From assembly GCF_963921235.1 (NCBI RefSeq), contig NC_086126.1, positions 12,028,001-12,092,000 of the forward strand: a stretch of 64,000 bases of DNA. The letters are read 5' to 3'. The notes under the pieces are model-generated. The model was not told where the DNA came from and did not search any database. It saw nothing but the letters and a program-made list of their open reading frames with translations. Both the position numbers and the translations under genes were made by a program. Below, in pieces: positions 11,780 through 24,945 of the stretch. Position 1 is the first letter of the stretch. Each line of letters starts with the position of its first letter. This DNA comes from Mobula hypostoma. Its lineage: Eukaryota.

Positions 11780-13620
11780 TGGGTGTAATCCCGTGCTGAA
11801 CTTTACCCTTGATTACACTCTGTAACAGAAGAGACCAGCCATCATCTTTTGGCCACTGTAGGCTCTGAGCACCCTTCTCAAAACGATGAAAGTATTTGTC
11901 TTCTTCAAATGGAGATCTTCATCAAATTGATGTCTTCATCAATTTAACTTCCCGACTGGCAATAAACTTATTCCTAGAGCCGGAAATTTTTCTCTCTCGA
12001 ACCTTAACTTCTCCACCTCAAACCGCCTCTGTTTTTCTGCTGCTTCCCTCCGACTGTTTTTTTTTCGCAGCTTCTAATCTAAGTCTGTCTCGCTCGAACC
12101 TTAGTTGTTGCAGCCGTAACTGAACCTCTGGGTTCTCCGGTTTAATTTCAGGAAACAATTCTAACACCCCCTCTTTAAAGACCCTCCGAGATACATAGTG
12201 CTCAGCTGTTCTCCTCTGAATCACTGCCGTTCTCATAGCCGGCTTTGCCGCAGTAAGTTCCAGCTTTCTGGCAATGGCCAACAAGTCATCCTTTCATCCC
12301 CTAATGCCTCAGGGTCTGGCGATGCCAGAAATTCATCGATATCCATTGCTGCTGGTTTCCACACACAAGTCAATCAAAAGGGAAGTAACCGATCAGTTCG
12401 ATAATCAATCAATCAATCAATAAGCTCCAATTTTGTTCATGTCGCAGACGAGCTCCCAAATTTGTTACGCACCAGCAGCAATAGATCACAAACTAAGTCA
12501 GGTTTTTATGTTAAAACCACTATCTTTATTAGTATCTACTCAATATATAAAAGATGAAATGAAATAAATAGAAGTTAACAATATTATGCTTGTGTGTGTG
12601 GCTCCCAAACTATCAAGTTTGGGAACAATTCTTAAACTCTTAGGATTCAGAATGCAAAGTAGGAATGTCCTGTAATCCACGGAATAAATGAGTGAGGGGA
12701 GAGATCTGTAAATCTACTTTAGAGAAAACGCAATGACGAAAGATTCCACAAGTTCCACGCTGGGTAAATGAATAACCGTAGTCGGAGATCTTGTCTGTCG
12801 AGACGTTCGGAAATCCACGTCGAAATATCACCAGGTGGCAGTCACGAAATATCCCTTTCTTCCAAAAGGGGTGTAAGGGGTTTCTTCTTTTTACTGCGTA
12901 GGCTAATGAAAATGGCTTCTTTGTTATGTTATAATTAAAATGGCTTCCCTGTGATGTTCGCTGCGGAGAGAGTGGTTCTTTTTCTGGCAGCTTGTTTGGG
13001 TTATATTATTGATACGGGGAAGTACGAACCAATGAGTGTCCATGTTATTCTTTTTGTGGGTGACATTCTGTCTCGTATGGCTGGGAACCGGGTGGTTTGA
13101 GGGACTTTTCAGGAGGAGACCCGGAGAGGAAGGACGTGCCGGAAGCGCTCTGGTCGACCACCGTGGATGATCCCGAGCGGCGAGTCGAGGGGGTCGTAGG
13201 GGATCGCAGGGTGAAGAGAAGACCCCGTTATTTGAGCTACAACTTGCGTGCACGAAGAAGTTGGACTTTGGTAAGTCTGGGCGCCTTCTTCTTTCTCTCG
13301 TATATTGTATCCCTATTAATCTCATAGTCCCAGTAAGATTTATAGAGTGTAATCTGTAAAGTGTACATTGTGTGCTGTCTGATAATTGATGTGTGAGGTT
13401 GTATCAGGTGTCATTACACAGCAACCGACGCAACCGTGAGACACGGGTTGGCGGGCGGACTGTGTTTCCCCGAGATAATCACAAGCGATAGAGCTGAGCG
13501 TTACAGGGGTTGGCACATAACACACCCAAATCCAGGTAAGGGTTAACAACAGTGATCCCACAGGATGCTCCAACAAACATCCACATACGGATTTTACTAA
13601 GTGACAGTCACACATTCAAT
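11780..13620 (-). mobile_element. Gypsy-type LTR retrotransposon 5' part (LTR, PBS, decayed gag N-terminus)
   Basis: Minus strand ...GTAACA then AATTTGGGAGCTCGTC (tRNA-Pro-like PBS) at about 12445-12468; gag-like peptide LAIARKLELTAAKPAMRTAVIQRRTAEHY...coiled coil. Confidence 0.65.
12872..13505 (+). mobile_element. Solo LTR nested inside another LTR
   Basis: TGTAA...TTACA termini with 4-bp GGGG direct flanks. Confidence 0.7.
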
Positions 13621-14045
13621 AGACGGTGTGCCGTTGACCATCCCAATCTTCTGGGCATGGAAAAGTATCAGACTTTACCCATTTTAAACAAGCTCCCACT
13701 GGCAGCTTGTAGTCCACAGCCTCTCTCTCTCTCTCTCTCTCCTTTCTTACTGAAAGTCTCAGTGGTCCGTCGCAGCTTGTAATACTGATATCATAGTCCC
13801 GCCTATCCAGGCGTCTCGTAAGTGACAGTCCACAGTTACATGTTAGAACCCCAAAGTCCCCCCCCCCCACAGCTCCCCCTCCCACGCACAAGCAGCAGCA
13901 AGGAAACAACCACCACTCACCAGCAAAAAAAGTATCGGCACCCTCAGCACCCCCCCACCACCAACCGAGCACTGAAGCGTGCAGCAAAGCACCAGTAAAG
14001 GCTCAGACTTGCACTACCTCAAAGACTACTCGTTCACCCGGTATT

Positions 14046-14317
14046 NNNNNNNNNNNNNNNNNNNNNNNNNNNNNNNNNNNNNNNNNNNNNNNNNNNNNNN
14101 NNNNNNNNNNNNNNNNNNNNNNNNNNNNNNNNNNNNNNNNNNNNNNNNNNNNNNNNNNNNNNNNNNNNNNNNNNNNNNNNNNNNNNNNNNNNNNNNNNNN
14201 NNNNNNNNNNNNNNNNNNNNNNNNNNNNNNNNNNNNNNNNNNNNNNNNNNNNNNNNNNNNNNNNNNNNNNNNNNNNNNNNNNNNNNNNNNNNNNNNNNNN
14301 NNNNNNNNNNNNNNNNN
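14046..14317. other. Assembly gap (N run)
   Basis: Run of n characters. Confidence 0.99.
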
Positions 14318-14339
14318 NGGGGAGACCCTGATTTACGTG

Positions 14340-14680
14340 ATCTTCTGCTGCTGTGGCCCATCCACTTCAAGGTTCGATGTGCTGTGCATTCAGAGATGCT
14401 CTTCTGCACACCACTGTTGTAATGCGTAGTTACTTGAGTTACTGTCACCTTCCTGTCAGCTTGAACCAGTCTGGTCACTCTTCCCTGACCTCTCCCATTA
14501 ACAAGGCATTTTTGCCCACAGAACTGACACTCACTGAATTTTTTTTTGTTTTATTGTTTACTGCACCATTTCTCTATGAACTCGAGAGACTGTTGAATGT
14601 AAAAATCCAGGAAGATCAGCAGTTTATGAGATACTCAAACCACCCCATCTGGCACCAACTATCATTCCACAGTTAAAGTC
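14340..14680 (-). mobile_element. Tc1-like transposase N-terminal fragment
   Basis: RLVQADRKVTVTQVTTHYNSGVQKSISECTAHRTLKWMG; inverted copy at about 63240-63580. Confidence 0.7.
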
Positions 14681-14879
14681 GCCATGACTACATTTCTCCT
14701 CCCCCCCCCACCCCCCGCATTCTCAACAGCACACACTGAATGCTGGAAGAACTCAGCAGATCAGGCCGCATCTATGGAAAGGATAAAACTTTTAGCCTTA
14801 GCCTCTTCACCAGGACTGGATAGGAAGGAGGGGGGAGGCACTAGAATAAAAAAAAACTGAGGGGAGGGAAAAGAGTACA

Positions 14880-15905
14880 AGACGGAAGGGGATAGGTGTG
14901 GCCAGTTGGTGGGGGAGGGACGATGAAGTAAGAAGTTGGGAGGTGATAGGTGGAAAAGGTAAAGGGCTGGAGAGGAAGGAATCTGATAGGAAAGTGGAGC
15001 ATGGGAGAAAGGGGAGGAGGAGGGGCACCAGGGGAAGGTGGTAGGCATGTGAGAAGAAACGTTCAGAGGCCAGAGTGGGGAATAGAAGGAGAGGGAAGGC
15101 GGGCGGGGAGGAAAACTACCAGAAAAAGAAATTGATATTTATGCCATCAGGCTGGGGCCTACCCCGACGGAATATGAGGTGTTCTTCCTCCACCCCGAGA
15201 GTGGCCTCTTCGTGGCAGACCTCTGAAGGGGAACGGGGAGAGGAATTAAAATGGTTGGCCACTGGGAAATTCTGCTCTTTGTGGATAGAGCGGCGGTGCT
15301 TGACATTCATGTCGGGTCTAAGCACTGTAGAGGAGGCCATATCAGGAGCATCCGATACAATAGACGACTCCAATAGATAGGTAGATGAGGTGTTGCCTCC
15401 CCTGGAAGAACTGTTTGGGACCCTGAATGGAGGGGAATGGGGGGGGGGCGGAGGTGAATGTGCAGGTGTAGCATTTCTGTCGCTTGCAGGGATTAGGAGG
15501 GACAAATGGACAAGGAATCACGGAGGGAGAGATCCCTTTGGAAAGCGGAGACTGGAGGGCCGAGGTTGGATGTATTTGGTGGTAGGATCCCACTGAAGAT
15601 AGCAGAGAAGTGTGGAGAATGGTGTGTTGGAGGCGGGCGCTCATGGGGTGGTAGATGGGGACAAGAGGAACTCTATGCCAGTTAAGGTGGCGAGAAGATG
15701 GGGCTGAGTGTGGATATCCAGGAGATGGAGGAGATGTAGATGGATGCAGGAGGAAGGGAAACCCCGTTCTTTGAAGAAGGAAGGTATCCCTGTTCTCTTG
15801 GAAAACTAAGCCTCATTCTGGAAGCAGACGGGTGGAGATGAAGGAATTGAGAAATGGGGATATCAATTTTACGAGAGTCATGGTGGGACAAGGTATAGTC
15901 AAGAT
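14880..15905 (-). mobile_element. Penelope-like element relic (GIY-YIG endonuclease C-terminus)
   Basis: FPVANHFNS...EEEHLIFR...QPDGINI motif; a similar fragment lies at about 40420-40810. Confidence 0.7.
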
Positions 15906-16529
15906 GGCCGAAGCACTAAAGTAGGATGAGTGTACATGGGCGATTGATGGGCTGAATGGCCTCGCTGTAAAGTCCTATGACCATGATTGGATCATGGGTT
16001 GAAACTTCCAAAGGACCACACGAATCCCTGACGCCAAGATTAGACAGTTCACGATCATTCGAGATGAATTCTTTGTAGTAAACTGCCCCCACCGCACCCG
16101 CCCCCCCCCCCACACACGCGCCCCTTCTCTTGGATACCTTCGATGAACTTACTAAATTAGGTGCCACGGTAGGTAGGGAAGGTAACTGTGAAGAGGGGTC
16201 TACAGAGGGATAGAGGTAGGATAGTGAGCGGGCACCGAACTGGCAAATGGGGTTTGAAGTGTCAAGACAAACTTTATTTTCCAAATGCTGAGGAATGCAG
16301 AGCCCAGAGGAGGAGAGGGATCCCAGGGTGTAATTCACACAGGACACACTGGCCCACACCTGTCCACACGACCACACATAAGCCCATACCCCTTTATCTT
16401 CTGCACTGTTTATTTATTTATTTATTTGTTAAGTAAGTCTTTGTTTTGTACTCCTCCCACAAAACAACAATTTAATGCGGTACAGTATGTCAGTGATGAC
16501 AAATCTGATTCTGGCTCTGATCTGTCCAC

Positions 16530-16965
16530 GCCTGCTTGCACCTGCCCACACCATATCACATCTGCCCACATCCGTCCAATGCTGTTACACCTGTCTGCAT
16601 CTGACTACACCTTCCCACACCTGCACACACAGCCCAAACTTTCCCATATACGTCCACATCTTCCCACACCTGCACACATCGCCCTACCTGCCCATAATCT
16701 GGCCACTCCTTCCCACATCTTCCTACGCCTGCACACACAGCCCATATCTGTCCACACCTTCCTGCAGCTTCCCACACCTGCACACATCGCCCTACCTGCC
16801 CATATCTGTCCACACCTTCCCACATCCTCCCACACCTGCACATATCGCCCTACCTGCCCGTATCTGTCAATACCTTCCCACCTCTTCCCACACATGCACA
16901 CATCGCCCACACCTGGCCGTATCTGTCTACGCCTTCCTATATCTTGCCACACCTGCCCTCACTGT
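16530..16965. repeat. Low-complexity CA/CCT-rich irregular tandem repeat
   Basis: Reiterated cccacacctgcacacatcgccctacctgccc; mirrored at 61630-62030. Confidence 0.85.
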
Positions 16966-17181
16966 ATGGAGAGAGACGTCCAGCCGACACCGAAATCTGA
17001 TGCTCAAAATGTCTCTTTTAATGAGATTATGATTAATAATGATTTATCGGCCGATTACAGAAATTGAAAGGCAGCGGAAGCCGTGACCATCGCATTTGGC
17101 TCCCCATCTCCCCTACGAGCCTTCCTTGCTGGGGTCACATTTCCGCTCATTTCCGTCTGCATCCGTGGATCCGCACTGCTT

Positions 17182-20100
17182 TTAACAACGTGTGAATGTG
17201 TCCGTCCCCGTCCTGTTTCCAACGGAGAAAGACACAGGTGAGTAGAGACACGAGTCAGTGGAACTGGGAACATTCAGTTTCGCGTTTCACAGTGTGATCC
17301 AGGCTGCAGAATTCCCGCTTCATTTCCCCTGGTCACTTCATGTAATTGTCACATCGGAGTCCGGGTAACTTCAGCGTTTCCACCCAGTAATCCCAAACAG
17401 GGCGTTGTGAGGCAGGCAGAAGGGGTTAGAGTGAAACTCCCTCTTTGCTGCCGTATCACACACTCCTGAGGTCAGACACAGAGTGAAGCTCCATTCACAT
17501 CGTCCCATCACACACTCCCGGGGTCAGACACAGAGTGAAGCTCCCTCCACATCGTCCCATCACACACTCCCGGGGTCAGACACAGAGTGAAGCTCCCTCC
17601 ACACCGTCCCATCACACACTCCCGGAGTCAGACACAGAGTGAAGCTCCCTCCACGCCGTCCCATCACACACTCCCGGGGTCAGACACAGAGTGAAGCTCC
17701 CTCCACATCGTCCCATCACACACTCCCGGAGTCAGACACAGAGTGAAGCTCCCTCCACGCCGTCCCATCACTCACTCCCGGGGTCAGACACAGAGTGAAG
17801 CTCCCTCCACACCGTCCCATCACACACCCCCGGAGTCAGACAGAGAGTGAAGCTCCCTCTACACTGTCCCATCACACACTCCCGGGATCAGACACAGAGT
17901 GAAGCTCCCATTACACACACCCAGGGCAGGAACAGCTGAGGTTACGGACAGAGTCTCGGACTAACACTTTGGTGAATTACGATGTCACCCGTCCCATGTG
18001 ACCGGGCTCCTGGAATTCTGGGCCCTCTCTCTCGGTGCGGAAAATTTCCCAGCGGTTTGCACCGGAGCTGAACCCTTGCGGAGTAGCCGCATTTCAAGTT
18101 GGAATCCCTCCACTTCTGCAGCGCCTTTCACCAGCCAAGGGTGTCCTGGAGTTCGTTGTCACTCTCGCTCCCCACCGCCCCTTCATCAGGACGGGACTCA
18201 CTGCTCATTGTCTCCCCTCTCATTCCCATCCCCGCCCCCACCCTCACCACCTCTCCCATTGTCGGCGCTTCCCTAACACCGACACTCCCTCCGCTCTCAC
18301 CACCCACTCACGCAGCTCGACCCTCCCTCCTCATCCATCCACCTCTTTACAACGCTTCATCTTCATCCGCCCCTCCCATAGGACGACGCTGCCCACCCCT
18401 CACTGACCCCTACACCCCCGCTCACTGTACGACGCTCACTCACTACCCCTTCCCTACGGTGGCGCTTCCTCTTCACAGCCCCTCCCATGGCGCGGCGCTC
18501 CCTCGCACAGTGCAGCGTCCCCTCAGTGCTCAGATCTCAGGGGTGGGATTTGACCGCACGACCCCGTGGATTGTGGCGCGGTGAACAGTCTGGCGCACGG
18601 TCCCCTGGATCTGCGCGTCTACGCAAGAGATTCAGGACTTACCGGGTCGCCCCCCAGTTGCTGTCGACGGGGGAATTTGATCGGAGTAACCACATGCTCA
18701 TCAAAGTATCGTTTCCATTTATGACAAACATCTGTCCGGTCCACACTGTGACACTCCCCCGGACCGAATCTGAGCACAGAAAGTATTTTAAAATACTGTT
18801 ACTACCGTCCCTCAGTACAGGCCCTGTCGTAGCACAGGCCCTCCCGCAGTGCAGCGGTCCCACATTGTGACACTTCCCCCGCATCACCCCTCTGATAGCG
18901 CGACAGTCTCTCAGTACCTTGTTCAAAAAAAGGTAGTAGGGATAGTCCGGGTAATTATAGACCAGTCAGCCTTACGTCTGTGGTGGGAAAGCTGCCGGAA
19001 AAGATTCTTAGAGATAGGATCTATAGGCATTTAGAGAATCATGGTCTGATCAGGGACAGCCAGCATGGCTTTCTGAAAGGCAGATCGTGTCTAAAAAGCC
19101 TGAAAGAGTTCTTTGAGGAGGTGACCAGGGATATAGATGAGGGTAGTGCAGTGGATGTGATCTATATGGATTTTAGTAAGGCATTTGACAAGGTTCCACG
19201 CGGTAGGCTTATTCAGAAAGTCAGAAGGCATGGGATCCAGGGAAGTTTGGCCAGGTGGATTCAGAATTGGCTTGCCTGCAGAAGGCAGAGGGTGGTGGTG
19301 GAGGGAGTACATTCAGATTGGAGGTTTGTGACTAGTGGTGTCCCACAAGGATCTGTTCTGGGACCTCTACTTTTCGTGATTTTTATTAACGACCTGGATG
19401 TGGGGGTAGAAGGGTGGGTTGGCAAGTTTGCAGACGACACAAAGGTTGTTGGTGTTGTAGATAGTGTAGAGGATTGTCAAAGATTGCAGAGAGACATTGA
19501 TAGGATGCAGAAGTGGGCTGAGAAGTGGCAGATGGAGTTCAACCCGGAGAAGTGTGAGGTGGTACAGTTTGGAAGGACAAACTCCAAGGCAGAGTACAAA
19601 GTAAATGGCAGGATACTTGGTAGTGTGGAGGAGCAGAGGGATCTCGGGGTACATGCCCACAGATCCCTGAAAGTTGCCTCACAGGTGGATAGGATAGTTA
19701 AGAAAGCTTATGGGGTGTTAGCTTTCATAAGTTGAGGGATAGAGTTTAAGAGTCGCGATGTAATGATGCAGCTTTATAAAAATCTCGTTAGGCCACACTT
19801 GGAGTACTGTGTCGAGTTCTGGTCGCCTCACTATAGGAAGGACGTGGAAGCATTGGAAAAGGTACAGAGGAGATTTACCAGGATGCTGCCTGGTTTAGAA
19901 AATATGCATTATGATCAGAGATTAAGGGAGCTAGGGCTTTAGTCTTTGGAGAGAAGGAGGATGAGAGGAGACATGATAGAGGTGTACACGATATTAAGAG
20001 GAATAGATAGAGTGGACAGCCAGCGCCTCTTCCCCAGGGTCCACTGCACAATACAAGAGGACATGGCTTTGAGGTAAGGGGCGGGAAGTTCAACAGGGAT

Positions 20101-21151
20101 ATTAGAGGAAGGTTTTTTACTCAGAGAGTGGTTGGTGCGTGGAATGCACTGCCTGAGTCAGTGGTGGAGGCAGATACACTAGTGAAGTTTAAGAGACTAC
20201 TAGACAGGTATATGGAGGAATTTAAGATGGGGGCTTATATGGGAGACAGAGGGAGGGAGCCGCAGTGCCCCGGGAACTCGGGCAGAGAACGCGTGGATTA
20301 GCAACGTACCTGAGGTCCACTTTACCACAAACCCAAAGGTCGGCTGCTCGATATTGACCTGGAATCCGATTAGATCTCCTTCAACCTGCTGCCTAACGCT
20401 GGACACTGCGGATTTGTAGGTGCCTGTCAGGGTCCCGTCCTCGTTCATCATGATGTTCGCCATCGAATTCAGTTCATTAATCCAGCAGCCGGCCAGAGTC
20501 GGGACCTGAAATCAAGGTCACCTCATCGAATCTCGCCGGTCACCAGCAACTCCGTAGCGCCCACCTTTCAGGAAAATCCCACAGTTTATCAGGGCCAGCG
20601 ACGCAACCTTAAGGTGCAGTCACCACTGGTGTGGAGGAAGCATGGGGGGGGGGGGGCGTCATTCTACACAGCATGATCCCAGAGACTGGGTACAGCCGCA
20701 ATCCTGCCGAAGGAGTTCCGGCTGTCTGTCCTTCGGCGCGGAGCCCCGGTCACCGAGGGCTCGCAGTCGCAACCGGACTCGATAGATCCAGGAGTAGGAG
20801 GCGGACTTAACAAATCTCCGTGATTTCCGCGTAAGGACCCTGACTGATCTCCCGTCTCTCTAACCCAGGGTTGACCGGTCAGTGACGGGGAACAGGAACC
20901 CTGTCTGATTCTCTCTCTCTCTAACCCAGGGGTCGGAGAAGGGGAGCAGGAACCCTGGCTGAATCCCCACCTCTCTCAAACCCAGGGGTCACGGGGCAAC
21001 GATGGGGAGTTAATTCCCAACGCAAATATGAATCAATTGCCCCTAATTTTCCCGCAGTAATCCTATTTCCACGACTTACCACAATGGAACAAGAGGCACC
21101 GACGTTGCCCAGCGCCAACAGGAGAAACAGGCGGGGAAGTTTGCGCAGCAT
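17182..21151 (-). CDS. avd: Avidin-like protein A (4 exons: 21151-21080, 20505-20310, 18769-18643, 17212-17182; 141 aa)
   Basis: All introns GT-AG with phases 0/1/2. Spliced protein MLRKLPRLFLLLALGNVGASCSIV-VPTLAGCWINELNS...GTYKSAV...QPTFGFVVKW...SVTVWTGQ...MWLLRS...NWGATR-TGTDTFTRC has a signal peptide and the avidin motifs WxNxLxS, GxYxSAV, QPTFGFxVxW, WLLRS. Confidence 0.9.
17455..17915 (+). repeat. 52-bp minisatellite, about 9 units, in avidin A intron 3
   Basis: Unit GTCAGACACAGAGTGAAGCTCCCTCCACACCGTCCCATCACACACTCCCGGG at 17471, 17523, 17575 ... 17887. Confidence 0.95.
18920..20240 (+). mobile_element. CR1 LINE fragment inserted in avidin A intron 2
   Basis: QHGF...DFSKAFDKV...GVPQGSVLGP...KFADD; stop at 19733; absent from paralogs B and C. 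Confidence 0.92.
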
Positions 21152-22261
21152 GATGTCACCTCCGATCTGAGATGGAGCGCGCAGGTGCCAGGTAATATAC
21201 CCTGCCCAGGTGGATTGTGGGAAAAAGAGCGCAGGGTGGGTATGATGATTGGGCGATTGCGAAACCACATATATAACTGTACAGAATTGTATATTTCTGG
21301 ATAGTATATATGGAAGGCTGTGGTCCAGGTGCCGTGCGATGGGTATAGGCAGATTAAGTGGTTTTGGCACGGACTAGATGGGCCGAAGGGCCTGTTTCTG
21401 TGGTCTACTTCTCCATGACTCTATTTCCAAATTCTGCAGAATCACTGCTGCTGTATTTTTTTTTAAATACTTCATATCTATTTCACTCATCTGCTCCCCC
21501 CTCCCCCCGCCCCACACACACACTCCTCCAATCACGAACAGGAACGGCACGGCATCTGAAGACGCCAACCTGGCGTTGATCTTGAAGTGAACCTTGACAC
21601 TGATCCTGGGGTCAATCGGGCATTCATTGCGTCTGGATTTGGGGCAGGGTGGCGGCAATGTTTCAAGATTGCCGGCGGCACTAAACGGGGCGGTGTTGTC
21701 AGCAGGATCGGGGTCACTGGGTGAGGAGTGGGGAGGTGGAGGAAGGGGGGAGCAGAAAGGTATCAACGCAACGAAGAAAGGATAAGCGGGGTTTCAATAA
21801 GATATCTCCACGATCTCCATCAGCTTAGCCCCCCTACTCACTTTACACTTAGGACTGTGAGACTAACTACAGTTCCAAACCCATATTTAAGTTTGCTCCC
21901 GACGTTGACTGTGCATTGGATGCTTGCCAGAGTTCATGCGTAGTTTTTCACTGATTCCGTTGTACTGCTTTGTTCTACTGTGAATGCCCGCAAGAAAATG
22001 AATTTCGGGATTGCCGATGGATATTTCTACATAGTTTGATGATCAGTTTACTTGGAACTTTGATAATGAAGGCGCTGCTGTTCCCACCGGCAGAAAGAGG
22101 CTGGCGGAGTTCTATATAGGCAGGAGTTCGATCAGGAAACGTGGGTCTCATGGGATCTCTGCGTCCACTCACTTGGTTTCGTTGGGGTCGATTGCAAGAG
22201 GTTTAGAGTACAGGGGCGAGGGCCTTCCCGCCCCCCCCAATCCCAGTCTCAGAACGCCCCA

Positions 22262-23120
22262 CATATAACCGTATATAACCGTATATAACCATATAACCAT
22301 ATAACCATATAACAATTACAGCACGGAAACAGGCCATCTCGGCCCTTCTAGTCTGTGCCGAACTCTTACTCTCACCTAGTCCCACCGACCTGCACTCAGC
22401 CCATAACCCTCCATTCCTTTCCTGCCCATATATCTATCCAATTTAACTTTAAACGACAACATCGAACCTGCCTTAACTACTTCTGCTGGAAGCTCGTTCC
22501 ACACAGCTACCACTCTCTGAGTAAAGAAGTTCCCCCTCATGTTACCCCTAAACTTTTGTCCTTTAACTCTCAATTCATGTCCTCTTGTTTGAATCTTCCC
22601 CACTCTCAATGGAAAAAGCCTATCCACGTCAACTCTATCTATCCCCCTCATAATTTTAACCACCTCTATCAAGTCCCCCCTCAACCTAACACGCTCCAAA
22701 GAATAAATACCTAACTTGTTCAACCTTTCTCTGTAACTTAGGAGATGAAACCCAGGCAACATTTTAGTAAACCTCCTCTGTACTCTGTCGATTTTATTGA
22801 CAACTTTCCTATAACTCGGTGACCAGAACTGTACACAATATTCCAAAGTTGGCCTTACCAATGCCTTATACAATTTCAACATTACATCCCAACTCCTATA
22901 CTCAATGCTCTGATTTATAAAGGCCAGCATTCCAAAAGCTTTCTTCACCACCCTATCCACATGAGATTCCACCTTCAGGGAACTATGCACCATTATTCCT
23001 AGATCCCTCTGTTCTACTGCATTCTTCAATGTCCTACCATTTACCATGTCTGTCCTATTTTGATTAGTCCTACCGAAATGTAGCACCTCACATTTATCAG
23101 CATTAAGCTCCATCTCCCAG
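22262..23120 (-). mobile_element. CR1 LINE 3' part with (GGTTATAT)n tail
   Basis: ORF 22376-23206 KCEVLHFG...RPTLEYCVQFWSP...TRGH; absent from the mirror arm near 53340. Confidence 0.9.
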
Positions 23121-24289
23121 CAGTGAGGTGCCGTCACACGCCGACTGCTGCTCCTGAGCTCGGCAATTTTGAGAACAGTGAGATCCCACGGACGACGACG
23201 ATGCACAAGCCCCTTCCTGGGGGTAACGCAGCGCCCCCTAGGCTTTGCCAGCCTGACCCCGCGTCACTGCCCCGGTGAACGTTCCTGCACCCCTTCACTG
23301 TGAAACATTGTTTTTTAATAACTCGGTTTCTCTCCGGATTTGGCAAGAAGCGTTTATTCAATCCTCCCCCTTAAACAGAGGAGAGATTCTGCAAGAGCCA
23401 GAAATCCGGAGTAACAGACATCAAGTGCTGGAGGAACTCAGCAGGTCAGGCAGCATCTATGGGGAGGAATAAAATGTCCGTGTTTCGGATCGAACCCCCT
23501 TCAGCGGGGGCCCCGAAAAAGGATCTCGGCTCGAAGCGTCGACTCTTTATTCCCCCCCCCACCCCACCCCCGCATAAACGCTGCCAGACCGGCTGTGAGG
23601 TTGTGGGTATTTCTTTTTCCCGCTTATCGGGGACCAGCCTCCATCGCGCTGCGTGTCACTGCGGCCCTGCTGGGACGGGGGCCTCAGGAGGTACCGCGGG
23701 CTCTGGCAGCAGCGGAAACGTACATCACCATCCCACCGCCTCCCATAGCGAGCGAATTGCACTGCCCCCCCCCCCACCAAACACATACTCGTATCTCTCA
23801 TTCTAACAAGCTGGGGATGGGCTCTCCCTCAGTGAAGCGTGCAGACTGGAATGAGATTGTACGTGGACTCTGCGGCCAAACAATTGCAATCACCGGGGGG
23901 TGGGTGGGGAGGTGTTGAAGGAAATTTGGAACGCACCCAGAGGAGCTTTTCCTGTTTTTACAGGTGCATCGCGGCTTGGCACGGCAAACTGCACGACAAA
24001 GACAGCAAGAATCTGCAGGGAATCATGGACACAGTCCAGATCGTCACGGAAATCCGCCTCCCCTCCATTGGAGTCCGCACTCTACTCAAATAAAAAAGTG
24101 CTGGGGGAGACTCGGCAGGTCAGGTCAGCATCACTGGAGGGGAATAAAAGAGTCGATGTTTCAGGCCGAGGACCCTCTTCAGGATGCTTCATCAGGGCAT
24201 GAAGAGTCCCGGCGCGAAAGGTCGCCTGCTTGTTCCGCTCCGTTGGTGCTGCCTGGCCCATGTCGAGCTCCTACGGCGTTTGTTTTTGA

Positions 24290-24945
24290 TTATGAGAACA
24301 CTCAGTTCTCTTTGATTGTCATTTAGAAATGCATACATGCATTAAGAAATGATCCAATGTTCTTCCAGAGTGATATCACCGAAAACAGGACAAACCGAAG
24401 ACTAATATTGACAGAACCACTTAATTGTAACATTTAGTTACAGCAGTGCAAACCAATACCATAATTTGATAAAGAACAGACCATGGGCACAGTAAAAAAA
24501 AATCTCAAGTCCTGATCGACTCCCGAGTCCCCGATAGCAGGCGGCAAAAGGGAGAAACTCCCCGCCATAAACCTCCAGGCACTGACAACTTGTCGATGCA
24601 TTGGAAGCAGCCGACCACAGCCAACACTGAGTCCGTCCGTCCGAAAACTTCGAGCCTCCGACCAGCCCCTCCGATACAGCCTCCCGAGCGCCTTCGACCT
24701 CGTCCCGGCCGCTGAAACAAGCAAAGCTGACGATTCGGGGCCTTCAGCTCCGGAGATTCCGGTCACCACACTGTAGCAGCGGCCGCGAAGCGGCCATTTC
24801 AGAAGTTTCTCCAGATGTTCTTCTGTACTCTCACGTCCGTCTCCATCAAATCAGGATTGTGCACGGTCCCCTACTTGACAGATTACAGATATCATTCACT
24901 GGAGAGGCCGTGCGCGCTGCCGTCGCGCCGCCATCTTCTCCTCCT
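24290..24945 (-). mobile_element. About 650-bp non-autonomous retroelement family
   Basis: Related copies at 25770-26432 (+), 28195-28800 (-) and 51870-52465 (+); shared 3' end AATGACAAT...CATAATC. Confidence 0.6.

Noticed and set aside
16285-17067. 260-aa His/Pro/Thr-rich ORF (and 61523-62107)
   Set aside because: Translation of a low-complexity repeat that is open in several frames, downstream of the avidin 3' UTR.
17455-17915. CRISPR-like regular array
   Set aside because: Head-to-tail 52-bp units with no unique spacers, no cas genes and a vertebrate intron context; it is a minisatellite.
18035-18406. Possible K2P exon 2 (GIPP motif)
   Set aside because: Wrong strand for the channel, no YG or P2 motifs, and it lies in avidin intron 3.
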